Origin: a virus
DNA length: 64,000 bases
IMG/VR virus record: IMGVR_UViG_3300017917_001958
Coordinates: 11,911 to 75,910 of that record
Reading direction: 5' to 3' (one strand)
In this document: positions 52,255-61,595 of the stretch, piece by piece
Position numbering within the stretch: the stretch's first letter is position 1
Layout: each line of letters begins with the position of its first letter
Notes under the pieces: model-generated
What the model saw: the letters and a program-made list of their open reading frames with translations, nothing else
Databases searched by the model: none
What the model was told of the DNA's origin: nothing
Position numbers and translations under genes: made by a program

Positions 52255-54137
52255 GTAAAGTAAAAAATACTTCAAATAAGATAAAATCCAAAATTGAGGC
52301 CATTAAAAAAATAAATGATGACCCAAAACAATCTGCGGATAATGTTTTTGACAAATATGTTAAAGACCTAACACCTACAGATAAATTATTGGGTAAGAAA
52401 CTTGATGGTTTTTCAGATAAAAGAAAGAAAAAAAGAGAAAATAAAAAAGATATCTTTTCAGAGTTAATTGAAATTGTCGACTCTTTTTTAACATCGGACA
52501 AAAATGTAACCACAACCGATAAATTCCAATCTAGACAAAGATTAAAACAACATGCTAGTGATTCTATACAAGTTACATTAGAATCAGCAAAAGATATTAT
52601 ATCAAATAATGTTAAAAAAATATTTTTTTCGGGTGATGGTATTTGTGGTGCAAATTCAACCATTTCAACTGATAGTATCACAATAAAACCAAATGAGGTT
52701 GATTTTTTGAATATTTTAACACTCGATCCTAATAGTAATTCAGGAAAAATTATATACGAACCCCTTAAAAATATTAACAAACAAAAAGTTAATAGAGAAT
52801 TATATAATTCTTTTACTGGACCCGAGTATCAATTTGACACCAATAACAATAAAACATTATTTACTTCAAAATGGAATAATACAAATCAAGAATTTAATAT
52901 AAGTGGATTAACACAAGGTAACAGTTCAGTAAAAATTGAAGATTTTTTTAATGATTATTATTCATCAATTGAAATGCCCGACATTAGTGGAATAACTAAA
53001 ACTGCAATGTTAATGACAATTCAAGGGGATGGTTCCGAGTCAATTTCATTTAATAAAAGTTTAAACGATTTAGATAGATTATTAAAAAAGATTTTTGCAA
53101 TGTGTGGTACACCCACTAATCCGAATGATTTGAAAAATCAAAATGCTATAGATTTGTTTAATGAAAATGATGAAGATATTGAGTTTTATTTTGATTTTGA
53201 TGATGTTGAGGGTATTGATTTAGATGATGAAGATGCTAGGTATAGAAATGTTTTAAGATTCACAGATTGTAATAATTTTGAGGTACCGGTCAACCCTTCA
53301 ATGATTGAAGATTTTGTATATTTAACAGATAAAAAAACAATTAATGATTTAGTTAATAACACATTAAGTAAAACTGCAGCAGATGCATTTGAACAATCTG
53401 ATAGTAACATTCCATTGGCCAATTTTAATTTATCGATACTAAATTTATTTATTTTAAATTTACCTAAAGCGTTAATTGCTAATGTATTGTCACCAAAAAT
53501 ATTTTTACCAATTGTTATAATTTATAAATTAACAAAAGGATCGGGAGGATTGGTAAAAGATTTAATGAAAAAACTTTCAAAACTGTTCGGTTCAATTATT
53601 CGTGATTTATTTTGGAAATTTATTAGAGAATTTTGGAAAAGAATTAAAGTAGATTTGATTGCATTTGTATTAAAATTTGTTAAAAAAATACTAAAAAACA
53701 AATATAAAAGATATACCACTATAATATCCGCACTAATAGCTCTTTTAACAAAAATATTGGAGCAAGGTATTGATAACTGTTCTGATTTATTTTCAGTAAT
53801 TCTTAGTACAATTGATGGTGCTCTATCTGCATCGGGGGGTTTTAATATACCCGGTGTCATATTAAGTTTATCGGATAAGTTACCAGGTTACAGCCAGGAT
53901 AGGGCATTTTTAAATATTACAGAAAGAATGGAAGCTTCCGGTATTCCAACAGGGTTAATAAATGGTGAACCAAATGATTTTGTACAATCAATAAAAAATA
54001 TAATAGATGGTCACACAGAAGAGATGGATACACATGGTTTTGTTAAAGTTGCAAATAAAGAAATGATAATTCCGTCACCAATGGGACCAATTATAATACC
54101 ACCGGGATTATTAAATAGTTCAGGAAAATCATTATAA
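52251..54137 (+). CDS. Hypothetical protein with hydrophobic/amphipathic C-terminal helices (probably structural)
   Basis: 628-aa ORF in a late operon upstream of the spike gene. Confidence 0.7.
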   Translation: MSKVKNTSNKIKSKIEAIKKINDDPKQSADNVFDKYVKDLTPTDKLLGKKLDGFSDKRKKKRENKKDIFSELIEIVDSFLTSDKNVTTTDKFQSRQRLKQHASDSIQVTLESAKDIISNNVKKIFFSGDGICGANSTISTDSITIKPNEVDFLNILTLDPNSNSGKIIYEPLKNINKQKVNRELYNSFTGPEYQFDTNNNKTLFTSKWNNTNQEFNISGLTQGNSSVKIEDFFNDYYSSIEMPDISGITKTAMLMTIQGDGSESISFNKSLNDLDRLLKKIFAMCGTPTNPNDLKNQNAIDLFNENDEDIEFYFDFDDVEGIDLDDEDARYRNVLRFTDCNNFEVPVNPSMIEDFVYLTDKKTINDLVNNTLSKTAADAFEQSDSNIPLANFNLSILNLFILNLPKALIANVLSPKIFLPIVIIYKLTKGSGGLVKDLMKKLSKLFGSIIRDLFWKFIREFWKRIKVDLIAFVLKFVKKILKNKYKRYTTIISALIALLTKILEQGIDNCSDLFSVILSTIDGALSASGGFNIPGVILSLSDKLPGYSQDRAFLNITERMEASGIPTGLINGEPNDFVQSIKNIIDGHTEEMDTHGFVKVANKEMIIPSPMGPIIIPPGLLNSSGKSL

Positions 54138-54338
54138 ATGGAAAAAGATAAACTAATTGAAATTGTAAATGATGTTCAAAATAAGTCAAATAAAGATTTG
54201 TTTATAGTTATGAATGAATTAAATGATGAATTTGAAAAAACAAAAAAATTAATTATAGACTTAACTCGACATTTAGAAAGTGTTGAGGAATTATACAACA
54301 AAGTCCATAAAGAAATTGAAAAAAGAACAAAGAACTAA
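54138..54338 (+). CDS. Small coiled-coil protein
   Basis: 66-aa ORF coupled to its neighbours. Confidence 0.65.
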   Translation: MEKDKLIEIVNDVQNKSNKDLFIVMNELNDEFEKTKKLIIDLTRHLESVEELYNKVHKEIEKRTKN

Positions 54339-55840
54339 TGAAAATTATTGATATTGGAATATGTGTAAATAATATTGACCCAAAAGGAATGGGTAGAATA
54401 AGATGCATTCGTTATAATGACTATATTGGAGAAAAAGAAAAATCATTAACATATGAAGAGTGGGATGATCAAGATCCGTTTATCGCTTCACCATTTCTAC
54501 CAACCAACATTAATTTAATACCCGAAAAGGGGCAAGCCGTTAAAATAATTAATTATAACACAGAAAAAGAAACCGTAAACCAAGAATACATTGCTGGTCC
54601 GTTTTCTACTATGTTTGATTTTAATGGTCAAACATTCTCACAACAAATTGAAAATACGACTTATGGTGTTTCTGTAAAACACAAACAAGATATTAGAAAA
54701 TCTAGCGGTCAATTTATAAATCCAAAAGCAGAAAATGCGTTTGCGAAAGAAACTGATTATGGTGTTTATGGTAAATTTGGTTCCGATATTATATTTACTG
54801 AAAATGGATTACAATTGAGAGGAGGTAAATTACTCTCTAAGGATGCTGCAAGTTCTAAAAATAAAGAAGTGATGTTAGATCATCCTCTAATGTCAAAAAA
54901 ATCTTCAAAAGTTATATTGAAGAAATTTCCAAAAAAAATGACATTAGATAAAAAAGAACAAGAGAAAACCACAACTTTAAGTTCTGATTTAAAAGCAATT
55001 ATTGAATATAGTGTTGATAGTTTATCTAACCCAAGTGTTGTAAATTTTTATGTTTATAAAATTACCAATTCAATAGGACAAACATATAAAACAAATAATT
55101 TTACAGAACATACCCCATTAGTAACATCAACATTAAAATTAATAAATACTGATAACACAACTGTAACACCTACTTTCACATTAAGTGTAACGTCAATTGA
55201 CGATGTTTATAAAGGAATTAGAAATAGTTTATATGATATTCATGAAAATAGTTTAAAAGAAATAAATTCACTCTATTCCGATGAAGATCTACACCCTTTT
55301 TTCTTTAGACCAAGTAATGATTTTTTTAATTTGGTACCATTAAATGATACTGAAAAAAATAACAAAACAACAATTTTAAATAATATAAATCTAAGAAGAG
55401 TTGGTCCATCGAGTGGTCTTATATGGTCTAAATCAAACGCCAACCCACCAGTAGTTGTTAAAAAAGTAATTGAAGATTTTTTAAAAATTCATTCCGATTC
55501 CCCCGAACAGACATTCTCAACTGTGGTATCTGATGTCATTTACTTTTTATCAACTGATTCTAACGAAGTCGATAAAAAAATATCATTTGATGATTTAGAT
55601 AAATACGATTACACACAAGAGGATTATATGTTAAAAATAGACCCAAATACATATTCTTCAGTTAGAGGTGAAAATCTAATAAAAGTTTTATATGCAATAG
55701 TTGATGTGATTTATACACATAAACATAACATCAACAAACCTATTAATGGTCAGACCGACTATAAAGAGGGTGAAAGATTAACCGAACTAATAAAATCTTT
55801 AGAAAACGATATTTTAAATAAGTCGATTAGAATCAACTAA
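54338..55840 (+). CDS. Baseplate central spike (gp5/gpV-like OB-fold)
   Basis: GICVNNIDPKGMGRIR, IPEKGQAV, GP; C-terminal HKH metal-binding tip. Confidence 0.7.
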   Translation: MKIIDIGICVNNIDPKGMGRIRCIRYNDYIGEKEKSLTYEEWDDQDPFIASPFLPTNINLIPEKGQAVKIINYNTEKETVNQEYIAGPFSTMFDFNGQTFSQQIENTTYGVSVKHKQDIRKSSGQFINPKAENAFAKETDYGVYGKFGSDIIFTENGLQLRGGKLLSKDAASSKNKEVMLDHPLMSKKSSKVILKKFPKKMTLDKKEQEKTTTLSSDLKAIIEYSVDSLSNPSVVNFYVYKITNSIGQTYKTNNFTEHTPLVTSTLKLINTDNTTVTPTFTLSVTSIDDVYKGIRNSLYDIHENSLKEINSLYSDEDLHPFFFRPSNDFFNLVPLNDTEKNNKTTILNNINLRRVGPSSGLIWSKSNANPPVVVKKVIEDFLKIHSDSPEQTFSTVVSDVIYFLSTDSNEVDKKISFDDLDKYDYTQEDYMLKIDPNTYSSVRGENLIKVLYAIVDVIYTHKHNINKPINGQTDYKEGERLTELIKSLENDILNKSIRIN

Positions 55841-55862
55841 TTTGATATTTATAAATAAAAAA

Positions 55863-57230
55863 ATGTCATATTTTCGTTCTTATTTTGAGAAAAATAATAC
55901 AATCATAAAAAAAATGCAGGTTAATACTGCAAAAAACCCAACGACCGAGATATTCTATGGATCAGGATTCTCTAAATTTATTTTTAAAATTGATCTATCT
56001 GAATTACAAAATAAAATAGATAATGGTGATTTAGTTCTTAATGGTAATACTAGACATTATTTAAAAATGACCAACACCATATTTGGTGATGAGGGTTTAA
56101 AGGGTTTAAAAAGAAGTACCGGTAGACAAAGAACAAATTCATTTGATTTAATTCTTTTTAAAATTTCGGAATTTTGGGACGAAGGATTAGGTTTTGACTA
56201 CGATCAAACGTATGATTTTACCACCGGTAACATGACTTTTGATGAAAGACCATCCAACTGGTTTAATAGAACAACATTAAATTCATGGGCAGTAGATGGT
56301 ATTTATTCAGATTCTCCCGATGTTATTGAAACCATTCACTTTGATAATGGTAACGAACATATTAATGTTGATATTACTGATTATGTTAATAATATTTTAA
56401 ATGGTGGTACCAACCATGGTTTAGGTTTAGCGTTTTCACCATTATTTGAAAATTTATCAGCGGAAATTGATCAATCGGTTGCTTTCTTTACCAAATACAC
56501 ACAAACATTTTTTGAACCTTTTGTTGAATCTGTTTTTGATGATACCATAAATGATAATAGAAGTAATTTTATTATTGGTATTGAACAAAATTTATATTTG
56601 TATGTAACTAAAGGTACCAATTTTTATGATTTAGATGAATTACCAGTTGTTGATATTATCGACGCTTCAGGTAATGTTATTACCAATTTAGGTAACATCC
56701 AATCAATAAAAGTAAAAAAAGGAATTTATAAAATTACATTTGGAATAACCGGTGTTATTTGTGACGGAAAAAAATTTTATTTTGATAAATGGAAAAATCT
56801 ATCAATAGATGGTGTTTCAATTTCAGATGTTACTCAAAAATTTGTTCCTAAACCATATACATCAGTATTTACCATAGGTGAAAACCAAACAGAATTACAA
56901 AGATATTCAATACAATTTTTTGGTATTAAACAAAGTGAAAAAATAAGAAGAGGTGAAAATAGAAAAGTTGTTGTGACTTTTAGATCGATCGATGTTCCAA
57001 AAACAGTTTTATTTGACGATGTTTTTTATAGAATATATATAAAAGAAGGACATACTGAAGTTTTGGTTTATGATTGGACTAGATTAGATAAAACAAACGA
57101 AAATTCATTTGTTTTTGATACTACATTTATGATTCCAAGAGAATATTTTTTAGAAATAAAAGGAAAAACACACACTGAAGAAATTTACTATAACGAATCT
57201 ATTAAATTTGAAATTGTATCAGAAAAATAA
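55863..57230 (+). CDS. Putative structural protein
   Basis: WDEGLGFD, SNW, FDNGNE, FFTKYTQTFFEP; GATATTTATA upstream; start refined to ATG 55863. Confidence 0.65.
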   Translation: MSYFRSYFEKNNTIIKKMQVNTAKNPTTEIFYGSGFSKFIFKIDLSELQNKIDNGDLVLNGNTRHYLKMTNTIFGDEGLKGLKRSTGRQRTNSFDLILFKISEFWDEGLGFDYDQTYDFTTGNMTFDERPSNWFNRTTLNSWAVDGIYSDSPDVIETIHFDNGNEHINVDITDYVNNILNGGTNHGLGLAFSPLFENLSAEIDQSVAFFTKYTQTFFEPFVESVFDDTINDNRSNFIIGIEQNLYLYVTKGTNFYDLDELPVVDIIDASGNVITNLGNIQSIKVKKGIYKITFGITGVICDGKKFYFDKWKNLSIDGVSISDVTQKFVPKPYTSVFTIGENQTELQRYSIQFFGIKQSEKIRRGENRKVVVTFRSIDVPKTVLFDDVFYRIYIKEGHTEVLVYDWTRLDKTNENSFVFDTTFMIPREYFLEIKGKTHTEEIYYNESIKFEIVSEK

Positions 57231-57244
57231 GATATTTATATATT

Positions 57245-57781
57245 ATGAAAAACATTGAAAATATTATTAGAAAAGAACTACAAAAAGTAGTAAAAGAATC
57301 TATCGGTGACTCATCTAATGATGGTACCTATATGGTATTAAGTAATCTTGTACAAATGAAAAATGATATTGAAAAAATATTAAATTTTAAACACATGCCT
57401 GATTTTCCTAAATTAGTCACTGGAGAACATGCATGGGCTGGAGATCATATTACAACATCTAAAGATGATATTGAAGAGGTTGCTAATTTTATGGAAGGTT
57501 ATTTTCAACAAAAAAATTTATCTGAAAGCACAAAAAAATCAAATTCATCACAACAGGCAGCAATTGCTGTTAATATGAAAAAAAAAGGTATTGAACCAAA
57601 AAATGAATCATATGGTGAAGTAGATGAAAGTAAAAATATACCAACAAATCCAAAATTATGGGCATCATCGTTAGCTTGGGCACGTTCAAGATATGACGTT
57701 TGTCCAAGTGCGTATTGTAACGGAGCCGCAGCAAAACGTTATAAATCAAAAGGTGGTGGTTGGAGAAAAGCTAAAAAATAA
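57245..57781 (+). CDS. Modular late protein with a basic C-terminal module (PSAY...RYK.KGGGW)
   Basis: Modules separated by xxE|S junctions; GATATTTATA upstream. Confidence 0.7.
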   Translation: MKNIENIIRKELQKVVKESIGDSSNDGTYMVLSNLVQMKNDIEKILNFKHMPDFPKLVTGEHAWAGDHITTSKDDIEEVANFMEGYFQQKNLSESTKKSNSSQQAAIAVNMKKKGIEPKNESYGEVDESKNIPTNPKLWASSLAWARSRYDVCPSAYCNGAAAKRYKSKGGGWRKAKK

Positions 57782-57805
57782 CATATAACTTAATTGTTTA
57801 TTAAT

Positions 57806-58570
57806 ATGAATTTACAAGAACAAATAAGTAGAATGGAAAAGATGATGGGATTATCCGAAGGGATGGTTCAATCAGGTGCTTGGAAACAAATACAAAAAAC
57901 AATTGAAATTTTAAGTAAAAAGAAAAAAGTTTTATTATTAAGTTGTTCTAATAGATATAATTGGGATGAAAAAAATATTGATATTCCTAAATCTAAATTA
58001 CTGGCAACATATATTCACGAACAATTAGGTGAAATATCAACTTTAATTGATGTATCTGAATTAAAAATATTTCCTTGTGAAGGTAATGTTTCAAGAAAAG
58101 ACGGTAACGGATGTGGTGTGATGAAGGCAAAATTAAAAGATAAAGATAAAAATCCTTCAGGTGAACATAGGTGCTGGGTTAACATCAATGAAAAGTCGGA
58201 CGAACTTTGGAAAATATCAAAAGAACTGCTTGAATCTGATGCCGTGGTTTTTTTTAGTTCAATAAGATGGGGTCAAACAAACATGTATTATCAAAAATTA
58301 ATCGAAAGATTAACTTGGTTACAAAATAGACATTCAACATTAGGAGAAAGTAACATAATTAAAGATATTGAATCTGGATTTATTTGTGTGGGACAAAACT
58401 GGAATGGTGAGGAAGTAACCAAAGTACAAATGAAAGTACACGAATTTTATGGATTTAAAATGAATAAAGATTTATATTGGAATTGGCAATACACAAAAGA
58501 TGTTTATGATGAATCGTTGAAGTCATATAAAGATTCATATAATAAATTTATAAAAGACACAAAAATATAA
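57806..58570 (+). CDS. Flavodoxin-like / NADPH-dependent FMN reductase-family protein with N-terminal tag
   Basis: LLLSCSNR, PKS, CEGNVS...CG...RCW, SDAVVFF..IRWG, LIERL; start refined to 57806. Confidence 0.8.
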   Translation: MNLQEQISRMEKMMGLSEGMVQSGAWKQIQKTIEILSKKKKVLLLSCSNRYNWDEKNIDIPKSKLLATYIHEQLGEISTLIDVSELKIFPCEGNVSRKDGNGCGVMKAKLKDKDKNPSGEHRCWVNINEKSDELWKISKELLESDAVVFFSSIRWGQTNMYYQKLIERLTWLQNRHSTLGESNIIKDIESGFICVGQNWNGEEVTKVQMKVHEFYGFKMNKDLYWNWQYTKDVYDESLKSYKDSYNKFIKDTKI

Positions 58571-59481
58571 TGAAAATATTAGTAAACAAAGAAGATAAAG
58601 AATATATAAATGAATGTCTTGAATCAGGTGAAGTTTTAAAAGAAGATCTTAGAAGATGGTTCAAAGAAAAATGGGTCGATGTTAGTAAAAAAGTTAAAGG
58701 AAAACACCCACCATGTGGTAGAAATGATGCTGACGGTAAATCTTACCCTAAATGTCGACCATCAAAAAAAGTCTCCAAAGAAACACCTAAAATTGCTTCG
58801 TCTTATGATAAAAAAGAAAAAAAAGCAATGACAACACAAAAAAGAAGAGCCGAGAAAAAACATCCTAAAATTGGAAAAGGAAATAAACCAACAATGACTA
58901 AATTTGATGAAGAAATGAAACAACCAAAAATAATTAAAATAAAAGAAAGTGACCTTAAAAATTTAACACAGTTAGTACTAGAAGAATTAAATAGTGAAAT
59001 TACTTTTGATGATTTACAAATATTGAAAAAAATTAATAATCTTGTTCAAAAACAAGAAGTCATTGATTGGTTTAATGAAAATGATATTGATTATTACACC
59101 ATGACTGATTTGGAGATGTATATTACATACATAGAAAAAAATATGGAAGATTCTGATGACTCAGAAGATTTAGGATCTGTAGAGGATACTGATTTCATTG
59201 CCAATGATGATTTATTAAATGAAGCCGAATATCAAGGACGTAAAGTTCAATTAGGTAAAATCATGCAAGGAGACGTGAAAAAATTTAAAGTTTACGTTAA
59301 AAATGATAAAGGTAAAGTTGTTAAAGTTAACTTCGGTTTTGGTGGTAAATCCGCTAAAGGTAAAAGAATGGTCATTAAAAAGAATAACCCTAAAAGACGT
59401 AAATCCTTTAGAGCAAGACATCATTGTGAAAATCCGGGTCCTCGTTGGAAACCAAGATATTGGGCTTGTAGAACTTGGTAA
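58570..59481 (+). CDS. Two basic Cys-containing modules joined by an acidic linker
   Basis: LRRWFKEKWVD..PPCGR..YPKCRP and EAEYQGRKV..KFKVYV..VNFG..RKSFRARHHC..YWAC. Confidence 0.75.
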   Translation: MKILVNKEDKEYINECLESGEVLKEDLRRWFKEKWVDVSKKVKGKHPPCGRNDADGKSYPKCRPSKKVSKETPKIASSYDKKEKKAMTTQKRRAEKKHPKIGKGNKPTMTKFDEEMKQPKIIKIKESDLKNLTQLVLEELNSEITFDDLQILKKINNLVQKQEVIDWFNENDIDYYTMTDLEMYITYIEKNMEDSDDSEDLGSVEDTDFIANDDLLNEAEYQGRKVQLGKIMQGDVKKFKVYVKNDKGKVVKVNFGFGGKSAKGKRMVIKKNNPKRRKSFRARHHCENPGPRWKPRYWACRTW

Positions 59482-59486
59482 TTAAT

Positions 59487-59918
59487 ATGGACTTACAAGA
59501 AAACATTAATATGAACTTACAAGAAAACATTAATAGAATTAAACAGGTGATGGGAGTAATCAATGAAGGGTTACACGATACATCATGGGAAAATGATGAG
59601 GGTGATAAAATAACCCTTATGGATTTATTAAATGCCACGAAAGATATACCTGTGGAAAAAATATCGGTAGAAGAATTAAAACCACACCTATTAACTTGGG
59701 ATGGAGACAAAGATGAGATTAGAAAAATAGAGAGCGCCGATTTACAATACCCAATATTAATATTTGTTAATGATGAGGGTGAATTTATATCAATTATTGA
59801 TGGACACCACAGAGCACAAAAGGCAGTAAGAAAGGAGTTAGAAACAATCAAGGCAAAGATAATACCAATTAACTCTCTACCCAAAGATATAAGAAAAGTG
59901 TTTAATCACATTAATTAA
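59487..59918 (+). CDS. ParB/Srx-like domain protein with duplicated N-terminal tag
   Basis: ADLQYPILI...IIDGHHRAQKA; no HTH; start at 59487 or 59511. Confidence 0.8.
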   Translation: MDLQENINMNLQENINRIKQVMGVINEGLHDTSWENDEGDKITLMDLLNATKDIPVEKISVEELKPHLLTWDGDKDEIRKIESADLQYPILIFVNDEGEFISIIDGHHRAQKAVRKELETIKAKIIPINSLPKDIRKVFNHIN

Positions 59919-59944
59919 TAAAAAAAGACCTCGACCCCACATTC
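59915..59944 (-). pseudogene. Remnant 3' end of dCMP deaminase (ECGVEVFFY*)
   Basis: Minus-strand GAA TGT GGG GTC GAG GTC TTT TTT TAT TAA; aligns with the current deaminase end ECNIKLNFY*. Confidence 0.6.
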
Positions 59945-59945
59945 A

Positions 59946-60794
59946 TTATGATCGTTCAATTTCCCATTTATATCCCATATAATTTTGTTCATTTTTTAAT
60001 TTTCGTTTAAAAGTGGTAAGTGGGATATTGAAATAATCAGATGCACTTTTAAAAGAATTAAATGATAATAATTCATTATTATTCGATACTTTTATAAAAA
60101 CACTATCCCCTAAATTTTTTTTTAATTTTTCATTTAGAATTTCAAATTCATAATATTTTTTCCATTTTCTATCAAGATATATATTTGAATCATCGTAGAT
60201 GTATTTTAAAAATTTTTTTACCTTCCTATTTCCACAAATTCTTAAATCATATATATTTTTATCATTTTTAAATCTTTTAGATAAAATACATTTAATATTT
60301 AAATTATCATAAATAAAATCACTAAAAAAGTTAAAAAATTCATATGTACAACAAATATTAATGGTTGAATTAAAAGTATTTCTTGTTTTATAAAACGTAA
60401 TTGATCCGTCACCATCATAATATCCTCTTAAAAAATGTTTTATTAAACTTTGATTTTTTATATTAAGTTTATTTGGATTACATGTTAAACTTTTACACTG
60501 ATTAACACCTAATTTTTTTAAATCATGTACAATTTTTTTTCTTGTTATTAATAAACGATATTGATTTTTGGTGTTTTTTTCTTTTCTTTTTATTAATTGT
60601 AATGGTTTGTCGGTATTAATTGATTTTTTTAATTTTTCTAATATATCAACATCATTCTCCTGTATTGATAATGACATATAATTTCTTTTCTCATTTAAAT
60701 ATCCATCGGCAAAAATAATACCCAAAAAATATGATTTTTCCTCATTATCAATATTTTCAAAATATGTTTCATCAATTTTATATAATGGTTTCAT
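59946..60794 (-). mobile_element. Free-standing double-motif LAGLIDADG homing endonuclease
   Basis: YFLGIIFADG and FLRGYYDGDGSI motifs, YLDRK, C-terminal NUMOD/HTH-like segment; very AT-rich. Confidence 0.9.
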
Positions 60795-60814
60795 ACTATA
60801 TGAATATACGCCAA

Positions 60815-61255
60815 TCAATAAAAATTTAATTTTATATTACATTCTTTAAACATTTCTAATGTTTTCTTTTTCGATTCGATCCAATGATCACCTTTAACAT
60901 CATCTTGAATATTTTTACAATATACCTCAACAATACCACTATTAATGATTAATTTTGCACAATCAGCACATGGAATACCACAAGTTAAATATATTTTTGA
61001 ATTTTTTATCGATGATCCAATTCTTGCGGCATTTACAATTGAATTAGCTTCTGCATGAATCATATAGAAGTATTTTTCAGGTCTTTCCTGACGTTCTTGT
61101 TTAGAATCATCCATTCCTCTAGGAAATGAATTATAACCCGTAGATAACACCTCATTATCCTCACCGACTATAACTGCACCTATTTGGGTAGATATGTCTT
61201 TTGATTTGAGTTTAACTTGTTCTGCAACACCTAAAAAATATTCTTGCCAATTCAT
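60815..61255 (-). CDS. dCMP deaminase
   Basis: SKD...IGAVIV, GYN, HAE, PCADC zinc motifs. Confidence 0.93.
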   Translation of the reverse strand: MNWQEYFLGVAEQVKLKSKDISTQIGAVIVGEDNEVLSTGYNSFPRGMDDSKQERQERPEKYFYMIHAEANSIVNAARIGSSIKNSKIYLTCGIPCADCAKLIINSGIVEVYCKNIQDDVKGDHWIESKKKTLEMFKECNIKLNFY

Positions 61256-61560
61256 TATATTAGTTTTTGCGATGAATAAAAAATAATCCGATCAGATTCA
61301 AATCTGTTTAAAAATTTACCTTCTTTTTTTTCAATCAATTTACCTATTTGTATCAAATGTTCATGATTTTTAACATCAATTCCAACAATATAACCACTAC
61401 CGTTTCGTTCGTATATTGTTTCTTTAATGTATTTTCCTTCATCATCCATTTTAAGATACGTAATCATTTCTTCTTTCTTGTTCTTACAAGAAATGTTACG
61501 TTCGTCAATTAATTTTTGTAGAACGTCTAGTCTTAACTTATCGTAATCAATTTCAGACAT
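61255..61560 (-). CDS. Small protein with N-terminal SAP/HeH-like helix pair
   Basis: YDKLRLDVLQKLIDERNISCKNKKEEMITYL. Confidence 0.55.
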   Translation of the reverse strand: MSEIDYDKLRLDVLQKLIDERNISCKNKKEEMITYLKMDDEGKYIKETIYERNGSGYIVGIDVKNHEHLIQIGKLIEKKEGKFLNRFESDRIIFYSSQKLI

Positions 61561-61564
61561 ATTA

Positions 61565-61572
61565 CAAATGTA
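61565..61572 (-). promoter_or_regulatory. Bacteroidota sigma70-type -7 element
   Basis: TACATTTG fits TAnnTTTG, just upstream of ATG 61560. Confidence 0.55.
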
Positions 61573-61595
61573 AATAAAAATAATAAAATAAAAAA

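Noticed and set aside
59487-59918. ParB-like protein as the cognate binder of the parS-like site (complete ParABS)
   Set aside because: It has only the N-terminal ParB/Srx domain, no HTH, and there is no parA in the window.
59946-60818. Group I intron or intein hosting the LAGLIDADG ORF
   Set aside because: The deaminase is complete with its own stop, and flanks are too short for a ribozyme core. No intein motifs were seen in the polymerase, RNR or helicase either.
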